From: Deltaproteobacteria bacterium
GTDB taxonomy: Bacteria > Myxococcota_A > Polyangia > Haliangiales > Haliangiaceae
Direction: 5' to 3'
Assembly (NCBI GenBank): GCA_005887925.1
Contig: VBLP01000125.1
Span: 9,777-73,776 of the forward strand
Length of the DNA: 64,000 nt
The position numbers and the translations under genes were made by a program. This document shows, piece by piece, positions 40,288 to 49,865 of the stretch; within the stretch, counting starts at the first letter, position 1, and each line of letters starts with the position of its first letter. The notes under the pieces are model-generated. The model searched no databases. It saw nothing but the letters and a program-made list of their open reading frames with translations, and was not told where the DNA came from.

Positions 40288-40791
40288 ATGTCTGCTGCGA
40301 TAGGCACCGACGACAAGAAGAGCGTCAACGTCGAGCTCAACATCGTCCCGTTCATCGATCTGATGAGCTGCTTGACGGCGTTCCTGCTGGTCACCGCGGT
40401 GTGGATCAACATCGCCCAGATCAACATCCAGCCCAAGGGCAAGACGCGCGACCAGGCGCAGGTCCAGCAGGACGACGAGCGGGTGACGCTGTCGGTGCTG
40501 GTGCAGTCGGACCGGATCTGGGTCGGTCTGTCGCGGGTCAACGAGTTCCAGGACATCCCCAAGAAGGGCGAGGACCAGGACTGGGAGAAGTTCGAGACCA
40601 CGCTCAAGGAGCACAAGGGCTCGACGTTCTTCGCCGACCGCACCGATATCGAGATCGCCGCCGAGAGCACGACCGCGGCTCCGGTCAAGTACCAGGATAT
40701 CATCCATGCGATGGACGTGGCCGTGAAGGTCGGGTTCATCGACGTGGGCCTCTCCGACCCCCAGGGCCTCGCGGCCCGACCATCCCTGTAG
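40288..40791 (+). CDS. ExbD/TolR-family protein
   Basis: VNVELNIVPFIDLMSCLTAFLLVTAV carries the TM Asp. It is a paralogue of 36407..36913. Confidence 0.85.
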   Translation: MSAAIGTDDKKSVNVELNIVPFIDLMSCLTAFLLVTAVWINIAQINIQPKGKTRDQAQVQQDDERVTLSVLVQSDRIWVGLSRVNEFQDIPKKGEDQDWEKFETTLKEHKGSTFFADRTDIEIAAESTTAAPVKYQDIIHAMDVAVKVGFIDVGLSDPQGLAARPSL

Positions 40792-40800
40792 GAGGCGACC

Positions 40801-41409
40801 ATGCCGGTCCAGTCAGCAGGCCCTCGCCTCTATCGCTCGATCAAGTTCAAGCACCTGGTGCGCAAGGCCGGCAGCGCCGCGGCCGCGCGCCCGGCCAACA
40901 TCTCGCTCAACCTGACGCCGTTCGTCGACATGATGACGATCCTCGTCACGTTCCTGCTCATGGTGTTCTCGTCGACCGGCCAGCTGCTCACCGCCCAGAA
41001 GGGCCTCGTCCTGCCGATCGCGCAGGCGCGCGAGACCCTGCAGCAGGCGCCGGTCATCATCGTCACCAAGAGCGAGATCACCTATCAGGGGCAGCTGGTG
41101 GCGACGGTCGACAGCGTGCTGCGCGACGATTCGCCGACCTTCAAGATCGACGCGCTGTTCGAGCGGCTCGACGCCGCCGCCAAGCAGATCCGCGAGGCCG
41201 TCGCGATGGGCAAGATCCCGCGCGATCTGGTCAAGGCGTGCGAGGATGCCAAGTCCAACCTCCGGCCGGCGGCCGGCAAGATCTGTCCCGACGGGCTCGC
41301 GATCCTGCAGGCCGATGAATCCACCGATGCGCGGCTGATCAACAAGATCGTCAATACCGCCAAGGCGGCGGGTTTCGATAACCTGTTGTTCGCCGTCCAG
41401 AACAAGTAA
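40801..41409 (+). CDS. ExbD/TolR-family protein (second, divergent)
   Basis: ISLNLTPFVDMMTILVTFLLMVF carries the TM Asp. The periplasmic domain ends in ...INKIVNTAKAAGFDNLLFAV. Confidence 0.8.
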   Translation: MPVQSAGPRLYRSIKFKHLVRKAGSAAAARPANISLNLTPFVDMMTILVTFLLMVFSSTGQLLTAQKGLVLPIAQARETLQQAPVIIVTKSEITYQGQLVATVDSVLRDDSPTFKIDALFERLDAAAKQIREAVAMGKIPRDLVKACEDAKSNLRPAAGKICPDGLAILQADESTDARLINKIVNTAKAAGFDNLLFAVQNK

Positions 41410-41429
41410 CGAGAGAGCGAGCGCAAACC

Positions 41430-43658
41430 ATGATGAAACGTTCATGGCTCCCGATCCTCGCGGGGCTGACGGTGCTCGCGGGCTGTCCGGACGACCCGAC
41501 CAAGGCGGAGACCTGGACCAAGAAGCTCAAGGACCAGGGCGAGGTCGAGCGCGCCGTGACCGAGCTCGAGCACATCGGCAACCCCGGCGCGATCGAGGCG
41601 CTCGGCAACGCCTGGGAGGCGCAGGGCAAGCCGGTGCGCCTGCTCCAGGTGATCATCTCGCTCGCCCGTCCGCTCACGCCGCAGGAAGCCAAGGACAAGT
41701 GGTTCACCGACTACGAGGCCGCCGGCCGGCCGGCGAGCTGGGACAAGGCGCTGCCGTATCTCAAGAAGGCGATCGCCGAGGTCGACGAGGCCAACCCGCG
41801 CTCGGTCGACAGCGCCACCAAGGCCGCCGAGGCGCTCGGCGAGGCCAAGCTGCCCGACGGGCTCGACGTGCTGATCGAGCTGGCGCAGCGGCCGGTGACC
41901 AAGAAGCTGATCAATGCCCAGGTCGCCGCGATCCGCGCGATCGGCCGCTACAGCGGCGACAGCACGCGGGCCGCCGCGGCGCTGATCAAGCTGATCGACA
42001 AGGATCCGCCGCCGCACCCCAGGACGGCCAAGGACAAGGAGCAGGCCCGCCTGCTCGACGAGAAGTACACGTTGCAGCTCGGCTTCACCCTGGCCGCGAT
42101 CGACGCGCTCGCCGACCTCCGCGTGCCGTCCGCCGTCAAGGTGCTGGTGCTCGCCATGTTCCGCACGCCGGACCTGTTCACGCAGATCCGCCGCGCGCTG
42201 GTCGCGAGCGGGCCGACGGCGTTCGACGAGCTGCGCAAGGTGCTCGCCGGCACCCACCCCGAGGTCAACCAGCTGTTCCGGGACAAGCACCTCGACAAGT
42301 ACTGCGGTGACCGCAACGACGTGCCGCTCGATCAGTGCCAGAACGTCTCGGCGATGTACTTCTTCCCCGCCGTCGTGCTCGGCGACTTCTACGACGCCCG
42401 CGCCGTCCCCGAGCTCCTGGCCGCGCTGCAGCGCCCGCCGCTGCCGATCGCCTACGCCGACGACCAGCCCGATCCGCGCACCCAGTACAACGCGATCTTC
42501 GACGCGCTCCGCAAGATCGGCTCGCCCGAGGCCGCGGCCGCGGTGCGCGGGATGTGGATGGGGCACGCGGCCGCCGCCGCGCCCAGGGCCGCCGCCCGCG
42601 GCGCCAAGCGCGGCGCCGAGACCGCTCCTGCCGCCGGCGGCGCGTCCGACGTCAACACCCGGATCCAGGCGATCAGCGCCTATCCGTTCGTCAGCCGCGA
42701 CGACACCGGCGTCGAGGAGCTCGGCAAGATCGCGACCGACAACAACGCGCATCCCGGGCTCCGCCGGGAGGCCGCGACCGCGTTCGCGCAGGTCGCCCAC
42801 GAGCAGCGCGACATCACCGTGCTCCAGGTCCAGGCCCAGAAGTTCCTCGAGGCCTCCGCCAAGAGCCGCGCCGAGGCCGACGGCAAGCCCAAGGCCGCGG
42901 CCGCCGCCGCCGACAAGGAGCTCGCCAAGGCCAAGAAGCTCAACGACGATGCCGCCGCCGCAGTGCTCAAGGCGACGCACGACAACACCAAGAGCGCCGA
43001 GGACATCCGGGCGGCGACCGACGCCGCCAAGAAGGCCAAGGAGGCGTTCACCGCCGCCAAGAAGACGCACGCCGATGCCGTCAAGCCCTACCGGGCCGCC
43101 GACAGCGACGCCAAGGCATACAAGGACTATGCCCGGATGTTCCAGACCCACATCGCCGGCATCGAGACCGCGATGCGCTGCAAGCAGGACATCAACTGCT
43201 ACGCGGCCACGCTCAAGCTCAAGCCCGCCGATGCCGCGCGCAACAACGCGTCCTACATCCGCGACATCAAGGACTGGGCGCCCGACGAGCAGGTCGGCCT
43301 CGTCGATGCCAGCGTCCTGCGCGCGATGCTCGAGATCGGCAAGCGCGGCACCAGGGCGTCCGCGCTGACCGACACCCTGCTGGACAGCGCCAAGACCGAC
43401 GACCGCCTGATCCGCCAGAGCATCCTGCTCGCGCTGCCCAAGATCGCCGCGTTGCCGTGCGCCAACTGCGAGGCCAAGCTCCAGGACGCGATCCGCGCCG
43501 GTGAGGGCAAGACCACGCTCAAGGAGCTCAACCTCGAGACCACGATGATGAAGAACTACTTCGGCTGGGCCGGCGGCAAGACGCCGTCGCGCGCCGGCGA
43601 CAAGGACCGCCTGCCGCCGCCCACGTCCGTCGCGCCCAAGCCGCCGAAGAAGAAGTAG
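41430..43658 (+). CDS. HEAT/armadillo-like repeat lipoprotein with Lys/Ala-rich central region
   Basis: Lipobox LPILAGLTVLAGCPD. HEAT-like segments include AVTELEHIGNPGAIEALGNAW and AIRAIGRYSGDSTRAAAALIKLI. The low-complexity stretch is KAAAAAADKELAKAKKLNDDAAAAVLKA.... Confidence 0.6.
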   Translation: MMKRSWLPILAGLTVLAGCPDDPTKAETWTKKLKDQGEVERAVTELEHIGNPGAIEALGNAWEAQGKPVRLLQVIISLARPLTPQEAKDKWFTDYEAAGRPASWDKALPYLKKAIAEVDEANPRSVDSATKAAEALGEAKLPDGLDVLIELAQRPVTKKLINAQVAAIRAIGRYSGDSTRAAAALIKLIDKDPPPHPRTAKDKEQARLLDEKYTLQLGFTLAAIDALADLRVPSAVKVLVLAMFRTPDLFTQIRRALVASGPTAFDELRKVLAGTHPEVNQLFRDKHLDKYCGDRNDVPLDQCQNVSAMYFFPAVVLGDFYDARAVPELLAALQRPPLPIAYADDQPDPRTQYNAIFDALRKIGSPEAAAAVRGMWMGHAAAAAPRAAARGAKRGAETAPAAGGASDVNTRIQAISAYPFVSRDDTGVEELGKIATDNNAHPGLRREAATAFAQVAHEQRDITVLQVQAQKFLEASAKSRAEADGKPKAAAAAADKELAKAKKLNDDAAAAVLKATHDNTKSAEDIRAATDAAKKAKEAFTAAKKTHADAVKPYRAADSDAKAYKDYARMFQTHIAGIETAMRCKQDINCYAATLKLKPADAARNNASYIRDIKDWAPDEQVGLVDASVLRAMLEIGKRGTRASALTDTLLDSAKTDDRLIRQSILLALPKIAALPCANCEAKLQDAIRAGEGKTTLKELNLETTMMKNYFGWAGGKTPSRAGDKDRLPPPTSVAPKPPKKK

Positions 43659-43808
43659 CGCCGCGCCGAGTAAACGCGATCGCCGCGGTCGAAGACCGTG
43701 CGGCGCTGCCACACCGAGCGCGAGAGCACGTCGCCTGCCGCGATGCGTTCGCGATTTCGCACGCCAGTCCCTCGGGCGCCGGGCCACCAGTCAGTATGGT
43801 AGCCGTTC

Positions 43809-46578
43809 GTGGAGCTCGCACCAGAGACGTTCCGGCTGCTGGTGGAGTCCGTCGAGGACTACGCGATCTACCTGCTCGCGCTCGACGGAACGGTCGAGTC
43901 GTGGAACGCCGGTGCCCGGCGCCTCAAGGGCTACACGGGCAGCGAGATCATCGGCCAGAACTTCGCGACGTTCTTCTCGCCCGAGGATCGCGCGGCCGGC
44001 AAGCCCGCCTCGCTGCTGCGCCGCACGCTGGCCGCCGGCCGCACCGAGGACGTCGGCTGGCGGTTCCGCAAGGACGGCTCGCAGTTCTGGGCCAACGCGG
44101 TGATCACGGCGCTGCACGATCCGAGCGGCCGGCCGATCGGCTTCGCGAAGGTCACGCGCGACCTCACCGATCGCGCGTACCGCGCGTTCATCGAGGCGAC
44201 GCACGCGATCGTGTGGACCACCGACGCGGATGGCCACCCCAACGCCGACTCCGCCAGCTGGCGCGAGTTCTCCGGCCAGAGCGAGGACGACTGGCGCAAC
44301 CTCCGCGGATGGCAGGCGATCCATCCCGATGACGTGGAGCGGTTCCGCGCGGTGTGGACGCGCGCGAAGCAGACCGGCACGCCGTTCCACGCGGAGTACC
44401 GGCTGCGCCGTCACGACGGGGTGTACGTCTGGATGGAGGCGCGCGCGATCCCGTTCCTCGACAGCGATGGCCGGATCCGCGAGTGGTTCGGCGTCTCGCT
44501 CGACATCTCGGCGCGCAAGGAAGCCGAGCTGCAGACCGAGCGCGCGCTGCAGCTGTGGACGACCACGCTGCGCAGCATCGGGGACGCGGTGATCTCGACG
44601 GGCCCGGCGGGCCGCGTGACGTTCATGAACCCGGTCGCCGAGCGCCTGACCGGCTGGTTGTCCGCCGACGCCGAGGGCCGCGCGCTGCACGACGTGTTCC
44701 CGATCTTCAACGAGGAGACCGGCGGCGTCGTCGAGAACCCCGTCGACAAGGTGCTTCGCGAGGGTGTCATCGTCGGACTCGCGAACCACACCGTGCTGCG
44801 GCGGCGCGACGGTACGATGACCCAGATCGACGACAGCGCCGCACCGATCCGGGGCGTCGATGGAGCGATCCACGGCGTGGTCCTCGTGTTCCGCGACGCC
44901 AGCAAGGAGAAGCGCGAGGTGCTGCGCCGCGCGCTCCTCGCCCGTGCGACCGAGGAGCTCGTCACGGCGGCGGACCACCAGACCGCGCTTGCGACGATCG
45001 CGCAGCTCGCGGTGCCGCAGCTGGCGGACTGGGTCGGCATCAGCGTCGTCGACAGCGCCGACGGCCGGATCCGCCAGGTCGCGGTCGCCCACGTCGACCC
45101 CGCGAAGGTCGAGGTCGCCCGCGAGCTCGGTCGCCGCTACCCACCGGACCCGAACGCATCGACGGGCGTGGCGAACGTGATCCGGACCGGGCGGCCGGAG
45201 ATCTACCGGGAGCTGCCGGCCGAGCTGCTCGCGGCCCGCGCGATCGACGCCGAGCACCTCCGGATCATCCGCGAGCTCGATCTCCGCTCCGCCATCGTGG
45301 TCCCGCTGCGCGGCCGGAACCAGGTGTTCGGCGCGATCACGTTCGTCCATGCTGCGTCCGAGCGGCACTACGGCGACGACGACCTCGCGTTCGCCGAGGA
45401 GCTCGCGCGGCGCGCCGCGCTGCTGATCGAGCGGCGCCGGCTCGAGGAGGAGGCCGAGGCCGCCAACCGCATGAAGGACGAGTTCCTCGCGACGATGAGC
45501 CACGAGCTGCGCACGCCCCTGCAGGCGATCCTCGGCTACGCGTCGATGCTCAAGCACGGCATCGCGCGCGATCAGGCCAAGGCGATCGAGGCGATCGAGC
45601 GCAACGCGGCGGCGCAGGCGCGGCTCGTCGAGGACATCCTCGACGTCTCGCGGATCACGAGCGGCAAGTTCCAGCTCGCGCTCGCCAGCGTGGATGTCGC
45701 GGCGGCGATCCGCGCCGCGATCGACGCGATCCGGCCGGCCGCGCAGGCCCGGCGCATCCGCCTCGTGGAGCAGCTGGCAGGGGACCTCGGCGCGATCCGC
45801 GGCGACTTCGAGCGCCTCCAGCAGATCATGTGGAACCTCCTGTCCAACGCGGTGAAGTTCTCCGACCTGGACGGCAGCGTCGAGGTCTCGGCGGTGCGCG
45901 ACGGCAGCGAGATCCGGATCGCGGTGCGCGACGGCGGTCGCGGCATCGCACGGGAGCACCTGTCGATGATCTTCGAGCGCTTCCGTCAGGTCGACAGCAC
46001 GAGCACCCGGCAGCGCGGCGGGCTCGGGCTCGGCCTGGCGATCGTCCGCTACCTCGTCGAGGCGCACGGCGGGAGGGTCGCGGCCGACAGCGCCGGGATC
46101 GGGCGCGGCGCGACGTTCACGGTGACGCTGCCCGCCCAGAGCGAGGCGATGGCCGCCGAGGCGCGGTCGCCCGAGCTCCGGGAGCCGTCGGCGCGGCCGC
46201 TGCGCGGCGTCCGCATCCTGGTCGTGGACGATGACGACGACGCGCGCGAGCTGATCGCCGCGGTCGTCGCCGCTGCCGGAGCCATCGTGAAGACCGCGTC
46301 CGGGGCGGCCGAGGCGTACGACGCGGTCCAGGAGGACCCGCCGCACGTGCTGATCAGCGACATCGGCATGCCCGGCGAGGATGGCTACTCGCTGATGCGG
46401 CGGGTGCGCGCGCTGCCACCCGGGCGCGGCGGCGACGTGCCCGCGATCGCGCTCACCGCCTACGCGCGCGCGGAGGACTTCCAGGCGGCGATCGAGGGGC
46501 CCGGCAGCGCTGATCGTCGATCGCCGGAGGAAGGGGGTTGTGAGATCGGCTCCGGTGTTGTAAGCCTTCCGCAATCAT

Positions 46579-46601
<23 letters not shown>
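43809..46601 (+). CDS. Hybrid sensor histidine kinase (PAS x3, GAF, HisKA, HATPase, receiver) with damaged 3' end
   Basis: GTG start. PAS segments include [26 protein letters not shown]. The H-box is [19 protein letters not shown] and the G-box is [19 protein letters not shown]. The receiver has VVDDDDDA...[12 protein letters not shown]...ALTAY but no KP motif. The annotated frame runs 23 nt into tRNA-Pro. Confidence 0.85.
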
Positions 46602-46656
<55 letters not shown>

Positions 46657-46689
46657 TGGTTCTCGAGGAGGATTTGGAATCCTCGGCCT

Positions 46690-47592
46690 TCGTGGCAACT
46701 TGTTGCCCACCTGTTGCCCAAACGCGCGCTTGATGGCGTTCCGTTTGTCGGCGGACGTCACCGCGATGTAGCGCTGAGTCGTCTTCACGTCCTCGTGCCC
46801 CATGAGGTCGCCCAGGGTCATGACCGGGATGCCCCGGCGAGCGCACTCGTAGCCGAACGTGTGCCGCATGCTGTGGAACGGCATCGTCCGCCCCGTCTCG
46901 GACCTGGGCACGACCACACCGGCGCGCTTGTACAGGCGCCGGATGGCCTTGAGCATCGTCCGGTAGACCAGGAACGATCCATCGTCCGAGCTGAGCACCC
47001 ACAGCCCCCGCTTGGGCAGCGCCGCCAGCGCTGCGACGATCCGCGGCGATCGCACGACGGATCGCGATCTCTCCGCCGGCCACGTCCGTCCACTGGGCGC
47101 CGCGGAGCTCACCGACCCGCAGCCCGGCTTCGACCGCGAGTAGAACGACCACCCTGTACAGATCGTCGGCCGCTGCGACCAACTTCTCCACGTCCTCCGC
47201 AGACACGGCGACGATCGGTGCGTCCTCGGCCTTGCTGCCACCGACATGGCACCGCAGCGTCGGCTTGCCGATCACCCTGTTCTCGTACGCGTACCTCAGC
47301 ATCGTCGACAGCACCGCGAGTCGATTGTTGACGGTCTTGCGCGCGCAGCGCCTCAGCTCGATCCGCGCGAACGCGTCGACGTCGCTCTGGAGGATCTCGT
47401 CGAGCCGCATGTCCCCGAAGAACGGGATCAGGTGCGTGTGGACGATCTGCGTCTTGTGCTTGAGCACGCCGGGCTTCTGTCCGGGCAGGTAGCCGTCGAG
47501 GAACGGCTCCCGAGCCGGAGGAACTTCGCGGCCTGCTCGACCGTGAGGACGTCGTCGTCCTGGGGAGCGCCGCTGTCGTCGGTGGCGCTCAT
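46690..47592 (-). pseudogene. Tyrosine recombinase / phage integrase, multiply frame-disrupted
   Basis: The N-terminal SAM-like part (REPFLDGYLPGQKPGVLKHKTQIVHTHLIPFFGDMRLDEI...VEAGLRVGELRGAQWTDV) is in the frame of ORF 46460..47467. The catalytic part (MPFHSMRHTFGYECARRG...LMGHEDVKTTQRYI) is in the frame of ORF 46453..47247. The segment that should carry the first catalytic Arg is missing at the junction. A possible ATG at 47592 (MSATDDSGAPQDDDVLTVEQAAKF) is in a third frame. No clean stop occurs before the tRNA. Confidence 0.75.
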
Positions 47593-47749
47593 GCCCTGCT
47601 GCTCCCGCCTGCGCCGCGGTGGCTCGCCATCGCCGCCACGGCAGTGTCCCCGGCGTGCAGCCCGCCGTGGGCTTGCAGCCATCGACCAGGGGACCGCCCG
47701 CGCAAGGTCCACGACATCATGTTGGCGTCGATCGGCGACATCAGATCCG

Positions 47750-48084
47750 CTACGGGTGGGCCTCGTGGATGTGGAACAACTGATCGCGCACGGTGATCTG
47801 CGCGAGCGCCTCGGCAATCGACCACCGTTCAACGCGGCGATCGTCGCGAGTTCGCCCGCCGCGAACGCGGCCACGCGCAGCTCCTCGGGCGGCATGTCGT
47901 ACGTCGAGTAGCCTGACTGGAGGTCAGCGACGAAGCCCGTGACCGTCGGGGCCAGCGAGTCGCAGGACCACGCGGCGATATGGAGCCGCTGGGCGCAGGA
48001 GCGGATCGCGCCCAGGACTTGATCGGCAGCGCGGGCTTCGGCGCTGACGGGGGGATGCTGGCGATGCGGATGCTGGCGTTTCAT
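47750..48084 (-). pseudogene. Small island ORF of unknown function, frame broken near 47815
   Basis: ATG 48084 is preceded by GGAGAAG. MKRQHPHRQHPPVSAEARAADQVLGAIRSCAQRLHIAAWSCDSLAPTVTGFVADLQSGYSTYDMPPEELRVAAFAAGELATIAALNGG then continues sensibly only in another frame (SIAEALAQITVRDQLFHIHEAHP*). The length of 335 nt is not a multiple of 3. Confidence 0.35.
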
Positions 48085-48863
48085 CGTACTTCTCCGGTCT
48101 GGTCCACTGTCACCGTCACGACGCCCCTTGGCAGCATGCAGCCCGCGACCGTGGCGGCGCCTCCTGAGAGGCGTCGTGCTGGCAAGCACCGGCCGCCGGT
48201 GTGTACTGCGCTTCGAGCGCACTGGACGCGGAGCCTGCTCGCATGGATGTTGTCCGCATCCGTGCGGATCGTCCGTCATCGTGGGTGAACAAGACCGGGG
48301 ATGTCCATGAGCTCGCTCGATGACCTCGCTCGACGTCTGGAAGTCGCTGGCCGCGACGGCTGGTGTACTGGTTCGGCGTGAACGCGACGGCGCTGGTTGA
48401 AGGTTACAGAGGCTGAATAGGGGAAGGGAATTGATCGTGCTGCCGAGGCGCTTCTGCGCGTCTACATGCGGGCTGCAGCAGCCGAATGCGAGTTCGCGCG
48501 CACGCGCACGCTTGGCGGAAGCCATCGAAGACGCCATCGTCAACGGGCACATCCAGCCGCGAACGTTACGCTCGGCTCGCGGCCCCGAGAACGCGAACGC
48601 TGTACTCGCGCGACCAGGCCTGTGGACGCTGACGTGGCTGAGGACAACCGCACGATCGTCGCTGCAGAACGCGCGCGATCGGGCGGCGGTTGCCCTCAAC
48701 CACTTGGACAGCCGCACGTATGCTCCGCAGAACGCGCACGGCCGCGCGTGCGGCTGTCCACAGCGCCGCACAGGCCCTGCTGCCAAGATTGATGTTTCAG
48801 GGGATGCAGATCGAGAACACGAGCCGCGCGAGCCGCGGTACTCGTCAGGCGTGAGCGAGCCGA

Positions 48864-49589
48864 TCATGCGGCCTCCTGGTGGAGCTCGGCACGGCGGTGG
48901 GCACGCAACTCGCGCGCCGCGGCGAGACGACGATCGCGCTCGGCCCAGATCGTGGGGCCGCGACCGGCCACGAAGTCGGCCGGGGTGATGTAGCCGATCG
49001 CGCTGTGCAAGCGGACCGTGTTGTAGTGCTCGACGAACTTCGCGACGAGCGCGCGCGCCTCGTCGAGGGTGTGCGGAGCACCCGGGCGGATCGCGTCGGA
49101 CTTGATGGTCTTGTGGTAGCGCTCAAGCTTTCCGTTCGACTGCGGGTAGTAGGGCGACGTCCTGACGTGGGTCATGCCCGTGAGACGGATGTACTCCTTG
49201 AAATCCTTCGCGATGAACTGCGGGCCATTATCGGAGATAATGCGCGGCTTCTCGTCAGGATGCATCTCGTGCGCGCGCTGCAAGATGCACTCGACGTCGG
49301 TCTCGGTCATCGACTCGAGGATGTCCCAGTGCACGATCGCGCGGCTCGCCCCGTCGAGAATCGAGCACAGATAGTAGAACGTGCCACCAAGGTTGAGGTA
49401 CGCGATGTCGATGTGCCAGTGCTCGTGCGGCCGGAGCGGCTGCACGAACCCGGTGCCCTTCTTGGATGGCTTCTTGTTCCAGCGGTCGAGCAGGCCTGCA
49501 GCGGAGAGCACGCGGTACACGCTCGCCGGACTCGCGGCGGCGATGTCGCGATCGATCATCATGAACGTCAACCGACGATAGCCCTGCAC
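48864..49589 (-). mobile_element. IS3-family transposase OrfB (rve/DDE integrase core) fragment, lacking OrfA and its 5' part
   Basis: EHWHIDIAYLNLGGTFYYLCSILDGASRAIVHWDI...IISDNGPQFIAKDF...YYPQSNGKLERYHKTIK is a classic DD(35)E rve domain. No OrfA/HTH gene lies upstream; instead an unrelated gene fragment starts near 49600. Confidence 0.8.
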
Positions 49590-49635
49590 GACGGCGAAGA
49601 CCGCGTTCGGGGTCAGAACCTGGTGGCGGCGCTGG

Positions 49636-49865
49636 GTGCAGGGTCTGCGCGACGCCGCGCTCGATCGCCCGCGCGTCTGGGCCGGTCTCTACGAGATGTC
49701 GCCGGATCGCCACGCCGTACTCGGCTGGGCGCCGGCTGCCCCACATCCTGCTGGTCAACGGCAGCTTCGGCTACGGCGTCATGCACGCGCCGCCGTTCGG
49801 TCTGCGCGCCGCCGAGATCGCCGCCTTCTCGAGGCGCGAGACGAGGATGGGCGAGAGCGCGGTCG
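49636..49865 (+). pseudogene. 3' fragment of an FAD-dependent (DAO-family) oxidoreductase gene
   Basis: VWAGLYEMSPDRHAVLGWAP is in one frame and LLVNGSFGYGVMHAPPFGLRAAEIA is in another. This resembles the C-terminus of DAO-family enzymes. No N-terminal part is present. Confidence 0.4.

Noticed and set aside
38737-40707. A 656-codon minus-strand ORF covering the exbB/exbD region.
   Set aside because: Only its last 203 codons (38737..39345) have ordinary composition and a hydrophobic N-terminal anchor. The remainder is antisense to well-supported ExbB/ExbD genes.
46702-46720. GTTGCCCA repeated twice near attL (46702, 46713) and once near attR (51446), as possible integrase arm-type sites.
   Set aside because: The attL copies lie inside the integrase coding region (encoding GQQVGNK). 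An 8-mer seen three times is weak evidence. I cannot separate this from chance without a search.
47428-48867. A 479-codon minus-strand ORF spanning the island interior.
   Set aside because: It is a composite. Only short stretches (the small ORF at 47750-48084 and the integrase leader) look protein-like. The rest is Arg/Ser/Pro-rich read-through.
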